From Methanoregula sp. (lineage in GTDB: Archaea; Halobacteriota; Methanomicrobia; Methanomicrobiales; Methanospirillaceae): 64,000 nt of DNA. Shown here in pieces: positions 27,785-38,588 of this stretch. Each line of letters begins with the position of its first letter. Within the stretch, counting starts at the first letter, position 1. The position numbers and the translations under genes were made by a program. The stretch spans positions 58,820 through 122,819 of the forward strand of contig JBDKTL010000016.1 of assembly GCA_039698055.1 (NCBI GenBank), given 5' to 3'. Under the pieces are notes generated by a model, which had not been told where the DNA came from, searched no databases, and was given only the letters and a program-made list of their open reading frames with translations.

Positions 27785-29008
27785 TTAAAACGCCGGGTCT
27801 CCCCGGCACAATGGTTTTGCCAGGTGTCTTCGTGCTGTTGGCGGCACTTCGTACCATCCGGTTTTGAGTGTGCGGGAAATTTCCGTGACCTCCGGCTCTG
27901 TCGCCCGTGTCCCGCATTTTTTGCACTTCCAGCCCTTGCCTTTCCCGTTGCTGGTCATCCGCTTGTTGCATGCAGTACATATCGGCGGGCGCGTGGTCGT
28001 GGCTTGTCCAAGGGATATCACGTTCATCTTTTCTATGTTGATGCTCTCTTTCTTGTAACTCCCGCAAACGATTACGTCATCGCCCGGCACCAGATCGCGA
28101 ACGATCTGCCGGAAATTTTTCGTGGGTTCGTATGCCATGCACCTGACAGTGTGATTGCCATCCCGGACCATAAAGGACACGTGCCCCCCGGTCCTGGTCG
28201 CGGGGTAACCATCAACAATTCCTCTCACGTAATACGACAGTCCTTCGCGCAGCTCCCCTGGTTTTCCTTCAAGCAGGTGGGCGTCGGTTCCCTGATTTGT
28301 CACCCAGATCTGTTCGAGCCCGGGTTTCTCGGATTCGATCATCGACCGGGCCATCATCACCCATGCCGGGCTTTCGCCCCGGATACCAAACAGCACCGGG
28401 TCCGGCGTATGCGGGACGCAGACCACGGCATCATTTGCAAAATCCACGGTGTCCCACGTGTGCGGGAACGTCACTTCCTCAGCCGCGAACAGGCTCGCCC
28501 GGTCCACGTCGCGTCGTGTGCCCCACCGCTCCTTCCCCCGGTACACAAGAATTTCCGATGTGTAATCGGCCAGCTCGCTTGAAACCGCAGCAGTCGCACC
28601 GATCAGCCCGCGACCGTTCTTGTATCCTTTGTAGCGGGCGCCGGCCGTTTCAAGTACCTCCACAGCCTCATCGATCTCGCAGAAATCCGTGACCGCCCGC
28701 TGGTAAAATGCCGGGTCCAGCCGGTCATCCACAACCACGACACCGGGATTGGTATTATCGCAGGAAAAATCAGCCAATTCCTCCACGGTTTCGCACGCGA
28801 TCGCGAACGCTCGTTCCGGATCTCCTTCAACATCAAGAGCAATTGCCGCATTCCCCCGGGTCTTGAAGGTCACGTTCGGGTTAAGCCGGACGAGCCGGGC
28901 TTCGCGTACCTGCATATGTTCCCGGATCAGCCTGCGGGCGAGTACCGCCCCGAGGTAGGTTGTGCACATCCCCTGTGGCGAATCCGTGTCATCGATGCCG
29001 ATCAGCAT
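27785..29008 (-). CDS. tiaS: tRNA(Ile2) agmatinylcytidine synthetase
   Basis: IGIDDTDS..GMCTTY, LVRLNPNVTFKTRGN, GRGLIGA, TNQGTD, AYEPT, C-terminal Zn ribbon, RRHLAKP. Confidence 0.95.
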   Translation of the reverse strand: MLIGIDDTDSPQGMCTTYLGAVLARRLIREHMQVREARLVRLNPNVTFKTRGNAAIALDVEGDPERAFAIACETVEELADFSCDNTNPGVVVVDDRLDPAFYQRAVTDFCEIDEAVEVLETAGARYKGYKNGRGLIGATAAVSSELADYTSEILVYRGKERWGTRRDVDRASLFAAEEVTFPHTWDTVDFANDAVVCVPHTPDPVLFGIRGESPAWVMMARSMIESEKPGLEQIWVTNQGTDAHLLEGKPGELREGLSYYVRGIVDGYPATRTGGHVSFMVRDGNHTVRCMAYEPTKNFRQIVRDLVPGDDVIVCGSYKKESINIEKMNVISLGQATTTRPPICTACNKRMTSNGKGKGWKCKKCGTRATEPEVTEISRTLKTGWYEVPPTARRHLAKPLCRGDPAF

Positions 29009-29051
29009 GTCTATATTAATATATGGGCACGCTCTATCCATTTGTATCTAC

Positions 29052-29978
29052 ATGTCCCAGGACCGGCAGCTCCAGATGGTCATCAGTGTCATGATCACCG
29101 CAGGCTTTGAGGTTTCCGAGCGTTTTAGCATACGCCCGCGAAGTTTCGACCTCATTGCACGGGACAACGGGACACTTCTTGTCATCAAAGTCGTGGCCCA
29201 TATCGATTCCGTAAGCGAGGATGCGGCATTCGACCTTGACGTGATCGCGCGTCACTTGGGCGGGGTGCCGCTGATTGTTGGCGAACGCGCCCGTGATGCG
29301 GAGCTTGAGCGGGGGGCAGTTTATATCCGGTATGGTATCTACGCGATCAGCCCCTCGACACTCTATGATTATTTCGTGGAGAAGGTACCGCCCCTTGTCT
29401 ATGCATCGCCCGGCGGGCTCTATGTCAATATCAATGGCGATGTCCTCCGGGAACTTCGTGAAGGGCGTAACCTCTCGCTTGGCGATCTCGGGCAGGTGCT
29501 GGGGGTTTCGCGGCGCACGATCAGTAAGTACGAAGGCGGGATGGGAACAACGCTCGACGTGGCGATAAAAATTGAGGAATATTTCGACACCGGTGTTGTT
29601 GAGTCTATTGACCTGATACGACATGATCGCCCGGATGAAACCCGGCCCGAGGGGTCAAAAGACCGTAATGTGCTGAACGTACCCATAGAGTTTTTAGAGC
29701 AGATTGGCATGCGGCTGCACACGCTCCGCGGTGCCCCGTTCCAGGCACTTCTCACGTTTGATACGCACACGATTCTGACCGGCTATGGCCCGGCGCAAAA
29801 AGTTGTGAAGCGTGCTGCACTGATCGGCAATCTATCCCAGATTGCAAAAAAGCATGCGATGTGCATCATCACGGATTACCATAAAGAGAAAAAGATTGGC
29901 AAAACGCTGGTGATTGGCGAGGATCGCCTCCACCGGATCGAGACCGGTTTTGAACTTCTCGATATGATCGGCGAGTGA
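29052..29978 (+). CDS. Archaeal cro/C1-type HTH transcriptional regulator
   Basis: RSFDLIAR, IDSV, YASPGGLYV, LSLGDLGQVLGVSRRTISKYE; divergent from tiaS. Confidence 0.87.
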   Translation: MSQDRQLQMVISVMITAGFEVSERFSIRPRSFDLIARDNGTLLVIKVVAHIDSVSEDAAFDLDVIARHLGGVPLIVGERARDAELERGAVYIRYGIYAISPSTLYDYFVEKVPPLVYASPGGLYVNINGDVLRELREGRNLSLGDLGQVLGVSRRTISKYEGGMGTTLDVAIKIEEYFDTGVVESIDLIRHDRPDETRPEGSKDRNVLNVPIEFLEQIGMRLHTLRGAPFQALLTFDTHTILTGYGPAQKVVKRAALIGNLSQIAKKHAMCIITDYHKEKKIGKTLVIGEDRLHRIETGFELLDMIGE

Positions 29979-30042
29979 ACCTTTTTCAATAATCTATATA
30001 TAGAACCACAAACCAATTTTAGTGCTAAAAGTGGTGAAATTT

Positions 30043-31704
30043 ATGTCACAACAACTTGGAGGACAACAGATCCTTATTCTCAAAGAAGGCAGCACCCGTA
30101 CTCGCGGCCGTGACGCCCAGGGTATGAACATTACCGCCGCAATGGCAGTCGCAGCTGCAGTCAGGACCACGCTTGGTCCCAAGGGAATGGACAAGATGCT
30201 CGTTGACACCATTGGTGATGTCGTCATCACCAACGATGGTGTGACTATCCTAAAAGAGATGGACATCGAGCACCCGGCCGCAAAGATGATGGTCGAAGTC
30301 GCAAAGACCCAGGACGATCAGGTTGGCGACGGGACCACCACCGCAGTCATCATTGGCGGGGAACTCTTAAAGAAGGCAGAAGGGCTCCTCGAACAGGATG
30401 TCCACCCGACCATTATCGCCGCTGGCTACCGCCAGGCCGCAGAGAAGGCCCAGGAGTTCTTAAAGGACATTGCCATCGATGTCAAGGCAACGGACAAGGT
30501 CATGCTCAAGAAGATTGCAGAGACAGCGATGACCGGCAAGAGCGCCGAGGCATCCAAGGACAAGCTCTGTGACCTCGTCGTTAAGGCCGTAACCATGGTT
30601 GCCGATGCAGATGGCACCGTTGATATCGACAACATCAAGGTCGAGAAGAAGACCGGCGGATCTATCGATGATTCCGAGATTGTTGAAGGCGTACTCATCG
30701 ACAAGGAACGCGTTCACCCGGCAATGCCAAAGAAGGTCGTCAACGCAAAGATCCTTCTCTTAAACGCAGCAGTCGAGTTCAAGAAGACCGAAGTCGACGC
30801 CGAGATCAACATCACCCACCCTGACCAGCTCCAGGCATTCCTCGACGAAGAGGAACGCATGGTCCGCGGTATTGTTGACAAGATTGTCAAGAGCGGTGCC
30901 AATGTCCTCTTCTGCCAGAAAGGTATCGACGACATTGCACAGCACTACCTGTCAAAAGCCGGTATCTTTGCAACCCGCCGTGTCAAGAAGAGCGACATGG
31001 AGAAACTTGCCCGCGCAACCGGTGCGAGCCTCGTTTCCTCCATTGACGCAATCAACAAGGATGAACTCGGCAAGGCAGGACTTGTCGAAGAGCGCAAGGT
31101 CTCTGGCGAAGATATGACCTTTGTCGAGCAGTGCAAGAACCCCAAGTCAGTCTCAATTATCATCCGTGGCGGCACAGAGCATGTCATTGACGAGCTTGAC
31201 CGTGCAATCAACGATGCACTCCGCGTTGTCGGTGTCGTTGTGGAGGACAAGAAAGTCGTAGCTGGTGGCGGTGCACCCGAGACCGAGCTCTCCCTGCGTC
31301 TCCGCGAATACGCAGCAAGCGTTGGTGGCAGGGCACAGCTCGCTATCGAAGCATTTGCAAGCGCACTTGAGATCATCCCGCGAACCCTTGCAGAGAATGC
31401 AGGACTTGACCCCATCGACATGCTTGTCGAGATCCGTGCAGCACACGAGAAGGGCAAGAAGACCTATGGTCTTGATGTGTACGAAGGCAAGGCAGCTGAC
31501 ATGAAAGCAGCCGGCGTATTTGAGCCGCTCCGCGTGAAGACGCAGGCAATCTCTTCTGCCGCTGAAGCCGCCATCATGATCCTCCGCATTGACGATGTCA
31601 TCGCATCCTCAAAGAGCGCCGCACCCGAAGGCGGCGGCATGCCCCCCGGCGGAATGGGTGGCATGGGTGGAATGGGCGGTATGCCCGGCATGGGCGACTA
31701 CTAA
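30043..31704 (+). CDS. Thermosome (group II chaperonin) subunit
   Basis: [39 protein letters not shown]-repeat tail. Confidence 0.97.
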   Translation: MSQQLGGQQILILKEGSTRTRGRDAQGMNITAAMAVAAAVRTTLGPKGMDKMLVDTIGDVVITNDGVTILKEMDIEHPAAKMMVEVAKTQDDQVGDGTTTAVIIGGELLKKAEGLLEQDVHPTIIAAGYRQAAEKAQEFLKDIAIDVKATDKVMLKKIAETAMTGKSAEASKDKLCDLVVKAVTMVADADGTVDIDNIKVEKKTGGSIDDSEIVEGVLIDKERVHPAMPKKVVNAKILLLNAAVEFKKTEVDAEINITHPDQLQAFLDEEERMVRGIVDKIVKSGANVLFCQKGIDDIAQHYLSKAGIFATRRVKKSDMEKLARATGASLVSSIDAINKDELGKAGLVEERKVSGEDMTFVEQCKNPKSVSIIIRGGTEHVIDELDRAINDALRVVGVVVEDKKVVAGGGAPETELSLRLREYAASVGGRAQLAIEAFASALEIIPRTLAENAGLDPIDMLVEIRAAHEKGKKTYGLDVYEGKAADMKAAGVFEPLRVKTQAISSAAEAAIMILRIDDVIASSKSAAPEGGGMPPGGMGGMGGMGGMPGMGDY

Positions 31705-32003
31705 ACCCTTTAATTTTTCAATATTTTTTCCTTTTTTGTCATTATTCCAGCAGGATGCACGTGTATCCATATGCATTGATTAAATATCCACATCCTTGCA
31801 CAATTTTCCGGTTGTATTACCAGGATCCATGAAGATCTGCTATAAAACCAGAAGACCCCTCAACGACAGCCCGGCATTCATGAAAAAGAATGTATGGATA
31901 TGGGAAATGCATAACGTCCTGTCTGCAAACTTCGATGATCCGGTAATCCCCCAGAAGATGTTGATCGCAAAAAAAAAGAAAAATTCAGGTCGTGGTTAAC
32001 CGT

Positions 32004-32534
32004 TTAATGTACCCCGGCTTTGACAATGATGGTGCCTGTTATTGTCGAATTATCTGACAGGGCATATGTATAGGTTCCTACATTTTCACTAAATGTGTAG
32101 GCAAATTGTGCTTTGGGGATGATCTCTCCTGAGTTGAACATGCCCGTATGATTTCCAATTGTTTTAATGGAATGGGAAACTGTGTCGTCATTGACCCAGC
32201 TGATGCCGGTTCCGGGAAGAACGGTATCGATCTGCGGGTTGAACCCGGCACTCGTGATATGGATGGTTGTGACACCGGTCTTGGTAATCGGAGTAGGAGT
32301 CACAACCGGTACTTCAGTGGTCTGATTCGGAGTGACAACTGTCGTTTCCAGTGTTGTGACGGGTTCGGACACAACGGTTGTTACCATCGTCGCGACTGCA
32401 GTCTCCTGCACGGTTGTTGGTGCTGTGGTAATTTCTGTGGGGGTCACCGTCGTTGTGGGTTGGGCCTGCTGCGTGCAACCGCTGATTGCAACAAGCGCTA
32501 CCAGCAGTACGACAAATCCAAAAAGTAATTTCAT
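32004..32534 (-). CDS. Lipoprotein with Thr-rich linker and cupredoxin-like domain
   Basis: Signal peptide ending ISGC, long Thr/Pro tract, FNP..GT.ISW.N.D..SH..FNSG..F..GTYTY. Confidence 0.78.
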   Translation of the reverse strand: MKLLFGFVVLLVALVAISGCTQQAQPTTTVTPTEITTAPTTVQETAVATMVTTVVSEPVTTLETTVVTPNQTTEVPVVTPTPITKTGVTTIHITSAGFNPQIDTVLPGTGISWVNDDTVSHSIKTIGNHTGMFNSGEIIPKAQFAYTFSENVGTYTYALSDNSTITGTIIVKAGVH

Positions 32535-32936
32535 ATACTATTCATGGGGAATCCCGCGTAATTAAATTTATTTAACCGATTGTCTCCATTTACGAAGCAC
32601 GAATCAGGAAAGGTGGGATTCTAATGCAGATATATAAGAATTATCTGGATTTCCGGTTGTGGAGCATGTCTTTTTTACATGACGATCCTCGCGAGAAGAT
32701 TTTTGGGGTATACTGGAACTTGGGGATTTGTGGGAACTCTCTGTGTCCTGGTTGTCATTTGGGGTGAACTCGTGTGATTGGCCGTCCTTATGGTATGCCC
32801 ATATATCCCCAGACGCCGGTACTTCACCTGCATGATTCGTGCAACTGTTCAGGCAGTCGCCATGGTGGACGGGCTACCGCGTTTTGCTCTTTTGTCTCCC
32901 ACAGGTTAATGAACCCCAACGTTATCAGTATCTTCT

Positions 32937-33305
32937 ATGAGCGACCGGTTCATCTTTACCAGGTACCGTACCGATTGTTATCACTGCAAACAGGTGGCTG
33001 ACCAGATTATCAAAGCGGTGCCCTACAAGGCAGAGGTTGCGTGCGAAAATTGTGGCGCCACCCGGGTCTTTGTCCCACGCATTGAGGATGTGACCCAGCC
33101 CGGGACGTTTACCCGGATCGGGTGCTACGATCTCTGGAAACTTGTCGAATCTGCGGAATGCAGGAATTGCCATGTGACCGGCCCTCACGATCTGACAATC
33201 GGCTGCCGGCATTTTACGGTCCGGTGCCGGAACTGCGGGTTTACTCATTTCTACCGGTTCGATCTTGAATATATGGCAAAAGACCAGCTCCCCGGTAAGG
33301 AATAA
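32937..33305 (+). CDS. Multi-CxxC zinc-ribbon hypothetical protein
   Basis: CYHC, CENCG, CRNC, CRNCG with an internal duplication. Confidence 0.75.
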   Translation: MSDRFIFTRYRTDCYHCKQVADQIIKAVPYKAEVACENCGATRVFVPRIEDVTQPGTFTRIGCYDLWKLVESAECRNCHVTGPHDLTIGCRHFTVRCRNCGFTHFYRFDLEYMAKDQLPGKE

Positions 33306-33463
33306 CCGGTATTTATCTCCGGGTGCCCGTGAGATTATGAAACAAAGCGCACGTACGATCCGTTAGTCTCACCTCAGTACAATGAAATGTACTCCGCCGC
33401 CACACTTCCTGCCGGGCCGGCTATAGTCCGGAGGAAGTTTTTTTCAGCCTATTCATCAGGATG

Positions 33464-33485
33464 CACTTTTTCCCGGGAAAAAGTG
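33464..33485. terminator. Perfect 22-bp palindrome between convergent genes
   Basis: CACTTTTTCCCGGGAAAAAGTG. Confidence 0.5.
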
Positions 33486-33517
33486 TTCGCAGGATAGGAG
33501 AAAAAACCCGGCCGCTG

Positions 33518-34240
33518 TTAGGCACACACGGCTGATTCAAGCGTCGGGTAGCTGTTTGCGTAGTTTTCAATGTTCTGTTCGAGAGATATCCTGAGCTTTT
33601 CATTTTTTGTGCTCAGGAAAAAAGCAATCTCTGTATCCATGATTATCACTGGGTTTACCCCGGTAAGCTTAGTCAGCTGCTCGCAGCGCCGTTTGATATA
33701 TCCGGCCCGGGTCGCCCGGGGAAAATGCTGGTAGATCATGATTATCGATCCGGTATCCATCCGCTTATAGATCTTTTTTAATTCATCCAGCAACAGGTGT
33801 TTTTGTGTGGGTGAGGACTCTTCAAGCCCGGTATCCGGGTCAAGGAAGATCAGCGAGCGCGCCGGGAATTCGTCAAAGAGATGCTGGAAATAATGCTCCC
33901 GTTTTTCATGGGTGAACCGTGGGCGTTCCATGATATCTACGAGGATCTTTTCTTTCTGGAAATATTCCCGAACCCCGTTAAAATATTCAAGATCATCTTC
34001 GATCTCCTGGAGCCGCTCCATGCTCCCGACCAGTTCCTTGTTCTGGCTTCCTGCTTTTCCTGTTTTCCAAGCCCTTTTCAGATCTTTTGCCGGACTTTTC
34101 TTTTTGCGTATTCTCTCTTTTGTTTCTGTCAGCATAGGTACGAAGGCAAATCTGGCAAGTTCCGGCATTGATTTCATGAGATGCCTGATGAGATCGAACT
34201 TGAAAAGATCACGCGTGTCGCCGAAATATACCCGGTTCAT
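33518..34240 (-). CDS. Hypothetical protein, possible Rossmann methyltransferase-like fold
   Basis: 240-aa ORF with YFGDTRDLFKFDL and LIFLDPDTGLE, IMIYQH. Confidence 0.72.
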   Translation of the reverse strand: MNRVYFGDTRDLFKFDLIRHLMKSMPELARFAFVPMLTETKERIRKKKSPAKDLKRAWKTGKAGSQNKELVGSMERLQEIEDDLEYFNGVREYFQKEKILVDIMERPRFTHEKREHYFQHLFDEFPARSLIFLDPDTGLEESSPTQKHLLLDELKKIYKRMDTGSIIMIYQHFPRATRAGYIKRRCEQLTKLTGVNPVIIMDTEIAFFLSTKNEKLRISLEQNIENYANSYPTLESAVCA

Positions 34241-34563
34241 GTTCCCACCTTACTGCGTCATATTCAGGTATGGGTTTAAAAACATTGCGGAGTATGTTTT
34301 CATGTTCTTTGATTCTGGTTCCGCTCCTGTTATTCATTCATGCCTCCTGCATTCAGATAATCTGCCCGGGAGATTATTGGCAAGAATTGTGAATGGTTAA
34401 TCGCAACGTTCCTATTTTTAGGAATGCACACGGCCCGGAAAAATATTCCCCTTGGCGGAGATTAACGAGAAGAATTTATGAGTGACAGGGATATCGGGAT
34501 CATGGACGTTTAGATATGCCGCAGGGAAAAAATGAAAAAGATCTGTTTAAAAAATCAAACCCG

Positions 34564-34824
34564 TTACTTTTCTTCCCGGACCATGTCGATTGCTTTTTTC
34601 GGGCATTCGTTTGCACAGATGCCGCAGCCTTTACAGTAATTAAGATCGATCATAAGTTTGTCATCGATTGCACCGTCCGGGCAGTACATTGCGCAGAGCC
34701 CGCATTCGTTGCATTTTTCCTTGTCCACCACCGGTTTGAATACCCGCCATGACCCGGTCTGGCCGGCCGCACCTTCTTTTGGTTTACTGATCGCGAGGCG
34801 CTCGCGAGGCTGCGTGCTGGTCAT
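34564..34824 (-). CDS. porD: 2-oxoacid:ferredoxin oxidoreductase delta subunit
   Basis: TGSWR..KP, two CxxCxxCxxxCP motifs. Confidence 0.9.
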   Translation of the reverse strand: MTSTQPRERLAISKPKEGAAGQTGSWRVFKPVVDKEKCNECGLCAMYCPDGAIDDKLMIDLNYCKGCGICANECPKKAIDMVREEK

Positions 34825-35348
34825 GCGCTCATCTCCCGGTATGCAGCATCTGCTGCCTTGACATTGCGTTCATCGGTAAACATTTCGCTGATTGCCTTTT
34901 TCGCGGATTCCGATGAGATAATCCCCATCTTTGCCAGCGCTCCAAGGACAGGAGTGTTCAAAATCGGGCTTCCTGCTACCACGAGTTTTTCCTTTAACGC
35001 TATTCCCGTCAGATCGACATTGAACGTGGTGAACCCGGGAAACTCCGGCTTGTGGGCGCTGTTGATAAGCACTCTGCCGCCTTTCTTGAGCCCGTTTAAC
35101 ACATCGACGACATCCATCACGCTTGCGTCCAGCACGATAACCAGATCCGGGTCCCGGATCTGGCTGTACACTTTGATCGGGTGATCATCGATCCGGACAA
35201 ACGAAACGACGGGAGCACCCCGGCGTTCTGCACCATAGAACGGGCATGCGGTCGCATATTTTCCATCATGGAGTGCCGCCATGGCAAGGAGACGGGCAGC
35301 AGTCACGCCACCCTGACCGCCCCGGGAGTGAATGCGGATTTCAAACAT
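34821..35348 (-). CDS. porC: 2-oxoacid:ferredoxin oxidoreductase gamma subunit
   Basis: EIRIHSRGGQG, YGAERRGAP, PILNT. Confidence 0.9.
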   Translation of the reverse strand: MFEIRIHSRGGQGGVTAARLLAMAALHDGKYATACPFYGAERRGAPVVSFVRIDDHPIKVYSQIRDPDLVIVLDASVMDVVDVLNGLKKGGRVLINSAHKPEFPGFTTFNVDLTGIALKEKLVVAGSPILNTPVLGALAKMGIISSESAKKAISEMFTDERNVKAADAAYREMSA

Positions 35349-36453
35349 TGCCGGTCACCCCAAACCAGAACTCTTCTCCGATGCGACGTTTCCGGATGAA
35401 TTCTGCGATATCATCGTAGGTGACTTCCTGGCCGCCGATACCGGCAATTACACTGAAGACCTCGATGTGTTCCTTTGCCATGATCTCATGGGCGACGATG
35501 CCGCCATACCCGAATGAGTAATCCCGGTCGATGACGACAACTTCTTTTCCGGCAAGGTTAAGTTTCGGGAACGGCCTGAACCAGCGGAGACGCATGGAAC
35601 CTGCTTTAACCCCCTCTTTGCGGAGGATATCGATGGCGACTTCTGCTTCTTTCCCGAATGTGCCCATCGCGATGATGATAACATCCGCATCATCGCACCG
35701 GTAGTCTTCGGTCGGCCCGTAGGACCGCCCGAACTTTTTGGCGAAATCTTTCTCGGTTTCTTCAATGACACGAACCGAGTCCCGCATCGAGCGCTCGATA
35801 TCCCAGCGGAAACGGAAATGATCGTTTGGCCCGGTAAGTCCCCCGTAGCCGGTCGGGTTTTTGGGATCAATGGCATGGGGCAGGTGGCATGGCGGGATAA
35901 ATGTGCCCGGCTCAACGGTGTCAAGAGGCTGCATGATGTGGCTTAAGGAAAAACCGTCAAGGTTTACCATCACCGGCAGCAGTACGTCGTTGTGCTCGGC
36001 GATCCGGAATGCCATGAGTGTGGTATCGTAGGCCTCCTGAACGGTCGATACATATACCTGAAGCCAGCCGGTGTCCCGCTCCTGCAGGGCATCCGTGTGT
36101 TCCGCCCAGATATTCCAGCCCGGGCCGATCGCCCGGTTCACGTTTGCCATAACGATGGGGAGCCGTGCGCCCGCCGCCCAGTTGGTCATCTCGTGCATGT
36201 ACAGCAGGCCGTGGGAACTGGTTGCCGTGAACGTCCGAACTCCGGTGATGGATGCTCCGATACAGGCAGCCATCGCAGAATGCTCACTTTCGACCGGGAT
36301 GTACCGGCTTTTCAGCTGCCCGCTTGTCACAAAATCCGCAATTGTCTCAACGATTTCAGTCTGCGGCGTGATTGGGTATGCAGCGACGACTTCGGGTTTT
36401 GCCTGTCTGACTGCTTCAGCCACAGCTTTGTTGCCCGTTGCGATCTTCTTCAT
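35341..36453 (-). CDS. porA: 2-oxoacid:ferredoxin oxidoreductase alpha subunit
   Basis: GNKAVA, AYPITPQT, VESEHSA, TATSSHGL, DGFSLSH, FRPFP. Confidence 0.92.
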   Translation of the reverse strand: MKKIATGNKAVAEAVRQAKPEVVAAYPITPQTEIVETIADFVTSGQLKSRYIPVESEHSAMAACIGASITGVRTFTATSSHGLLYMHEMTNWAAGARLPIVMANVNRAIGPGWNIWAEHTDALQERDTGWLQVYVSTVQEAYDTTLMAFRIAEHNDVLLPVMVNLDGFSLSHIMQPLDTVEPGTFIPPCHLPHAIDPKNPTGYGGLTGPNDHFRFRWDIERSMRDSVRVIEETEKDFAKKFGRSYGPTEDYRCDDADVIIIAMGTFGKEAEVAIDILRKEGVKAGSMRLRWFRPFPKLNLAGKEVVVIDRDYSFGYGGIVAHEIMAKEHIEVFSVIAGIGGQEVTYDDIAEFIRKRRIGEEFWFGVTGNV

Positions 36454-37337
36454 GGTGCGGCCTCCTCGGTGGCAAGCCGCTGCAGGTTCTTTGCCAGCTT
36501 CTGCTTGAGGATATCAATCGTTTTTAAATCGATACCCTTGAATCGTCCCTGCGGAACAAGGTATTCTTCGAGCGGGATCGGTTTCTTGATTGCGGCTTTT
36601 GACGGTCCGCTGATCGTGAGTTTCCCGTGCTCGCGCTCGTAGAGTACCCATGAGCCGGATTTGACAGCAAGTTTACCCATTTCTATGGTTTTCTCTGTTG
36701 GATATCTCCAACCGGGTGGGCAGGGAGCGAGTATATGGATAAATGTCGGCCCCCTGAACGTGAGTGCCTTTGCAACTTTCTTGAAGATGTCCTGCGGGTA
36801 TGCACTGCAGGAGGTTGCCATGTAGGGCGGATCGTGGGCGGCGACAATTGCGTCGATATCTTTTTTTGCATCGGTCTTCCCGGTAGGAGTGGTGGTGGTG
36901 CGGGCGCCAAGGGGAGTGCCGCTTGAGCGCTGCATGCCGGTGTTGCCGTACGCCTCGTTGTCGTAACAGATATAGAGGAAATCCGTGCCGCGTTCGAACG
37001 CACCGGACAGTGACTGGATGCCAATGTCAAGCGTCCCGCCGTCACCAGCGTATACGATCACGTTGGTTTTCTTCCCGGTTTCACGGAACGCGTTGCTCAT
37101 ACCCGATGCGCAGGCAGCCGCAGCCGCAAACGCAACGTTATAGACCGGTACGTTCATCGCGGTGTTCGGGTAGATGCCCTGGATGACGCTCGTACAGCAC
37201 GCCGGCACGACAAGGACGGTGTCCGGTCCGGCAGCTTTTAACACATAGCGCAGGGTCAGTGAAGAACTGCACCCGGCGCACGCAGATGTGCATTTTTTAA
37301 GGAACTCTTCTTTTGGAATTTCAGCGATGATTTCCAA
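36450..37337 (-). CDS. porB: 2-oxoacid:ferredoxin oxidoreductase beta subunit
   Basis: ACAGC, GDGGTLDIG, YDNEAYGNTGMQRS, PCPPGW; start codon uncertain (TTG). Confidence 0.92.
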   Translation of the reverse strand: MEIIAEIPKEEFLKKCTSACAGCSSSLTLRYVLKAAGPDTVLVVPACCTSVIQGIYPNTAMNVPVYNVAFAAAAACASGMSNAFRETGKKTNVIVYAGDGGTLDIGIQSLSGAFERGTDFLYICYDNEAYGNTGMQRSSGTPLGARTTTTPTGKTDAKKDIDAIVAAHDPPYMATSCSAYPQDIFKKVAKALTFRGPTFIHILAPCPPGWRYPTEKTIEMGKLAVKSGSWVLYEREHGKLTISGPSKAAIKKPIPLEEYLVPQGRFKGIDLKTIDILKQKLAKNLQRLATEEAAP

Positions 37338-37991
37338 CTCCTTATCATGAATGATGGAATGGGCGCGAAAAAAAGAATCGCGAATCTATCATTATTTATC
37401 ATCATGGATGGACAAAAAAGGATCTGTTTTGATGATCATTGTTTAGTATCGCAAGGACACCCGGGCAATCACTTTCACACCGCCCGGTCAGGGATTTAAC
37501 CCCCGGTTCTTTCAACAGTTGGTATGAGGAGGACAAAAAACCCCAAAAAAGTTCTCGTGCCCGGTACCAATCCGGCACGAAGCGTGATCCTCCCGGCCTC
37601 TCATACCAAAAAACCCTTGAATGGTATTTTGTGTCAGATGCATGAGCGGGATTCTCTCACCCTCTCCTTTGCGTCCGCACACTTTTTGTTCTTATGGCAT
37701 TTTCCCATCTGGTTTGTAAACACAAGTGCAGGGTTCCGCGGGTATCACCAGATATTTTTAGGATAGTTCTGTTCGATCAATCAAACGTGCGTTGTTTTAA
37801 TACCTGATCATCAATACAGGGGATTTCTTTGATCGCTTCCCGGTTATCTTCTGAAAGGATTATCGTAAATGAGGGTATGCCTTTGCGAAGAGATGGGGGC
37901 CTTCTACCGAAGTTCCCAAAAATGTTCACAGATGAAATCGTGTTGAGTCCTGTCAACAAAAATGGTATTGGAATGAGAATATCCACATTTT

Positions 37992-38588
37992 TTATTCTTT
38001 CAATTTTATCTTGGAAATCTCCTGCAACGCCCTTTGCTTATGGACGTATCCCGGATACCACACAGTAAATATGATAGCGATTACCATGAAGACCCATTTC
38101 AGGTTGTCCCAGAACATGAGGCCCGGTTCAGGTCGGAGCACCAGGAAGGCGTCTATTGCAAAGCTGAGTGTGAATGCAATTCCCCATACCGCGGTGATAA
38201 TATAATTTACCCGCATGAATGGCACACTTTTAGCACGTTCGGGTTCCACACCTTCCCTTGAATACTGGAGGGTGAAGGGGAAATGGAACAACATCGTCGC
38301 CCAGCAGACGATCGTAAGCATCAGCATCGAGAGCACCGAAATGTAATTCGCGAGATGGTACTGCTTTAATCCGATAATCAGGATGAAGAACACGACAAAG
38401 AACACGATCGTGACAACGGAAAGGATATAGCCTTGGAGCAGTTGCCGGGAACTCGTCAGGACCGTGAGCACAATACCAACAATAAATGCAAGGGTCAGAC
38501 ACATCAGGGGACTTCCCACGGGAGCTTCAGCAATAAGGGTGAACGCGATCCATGGTACGAAGGCTGTAAGAAGTGATATCAGGTTCAT
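37992..38588 (-). CDS. Hypothetical multi-pass membrane protein
   Basis: About six hydrophobic segments, FVPWIAF, PFTLQYSRE, NYIITAVW. Confidence 0.75.
   Translation of the reverse strand: MNLISLLTAFVPWIAFTLIAEAPVGSPLMCLTLAFIVGIVLTVLTSSRQLLQGYILSVVTIVFFVVFFILIIGLKQYHLANYISVLSMLMLTIVCWATMLFHFPFTLQYSREGVEPERAKSVPFMRVNYIITAVWGIAFTLSFAIDAFLVLRPEPGLMFWDNLKWVFMVIAIIFTVWYPGYVHKQRALQEISKIKLKE

Noticed and set aside
27626-28582. 318-aa plus-strand ORF
   Set aside because: Antisense shadow of tiaS
31630-31700. GGM-coding tandem repeats
   Set aside because: Ordinary chaperonin C-terminal tail, not a separate repeat element
32679-32777. 32-aa hydrophobic small ORF (MTILARRFLGYTGTWGFVGTLCVLVVIWGELV)
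   Set aside because: No well-spaced SD or recognisable family; G/T-rich DNA easily yields hydrophobic ORFs
37338-37991. 650-bp intergenic region with short ORFs and ATCAT/ATGAT repeats
   Set aside because: No convincing coding signal, RNA structure or regular repeat spacing
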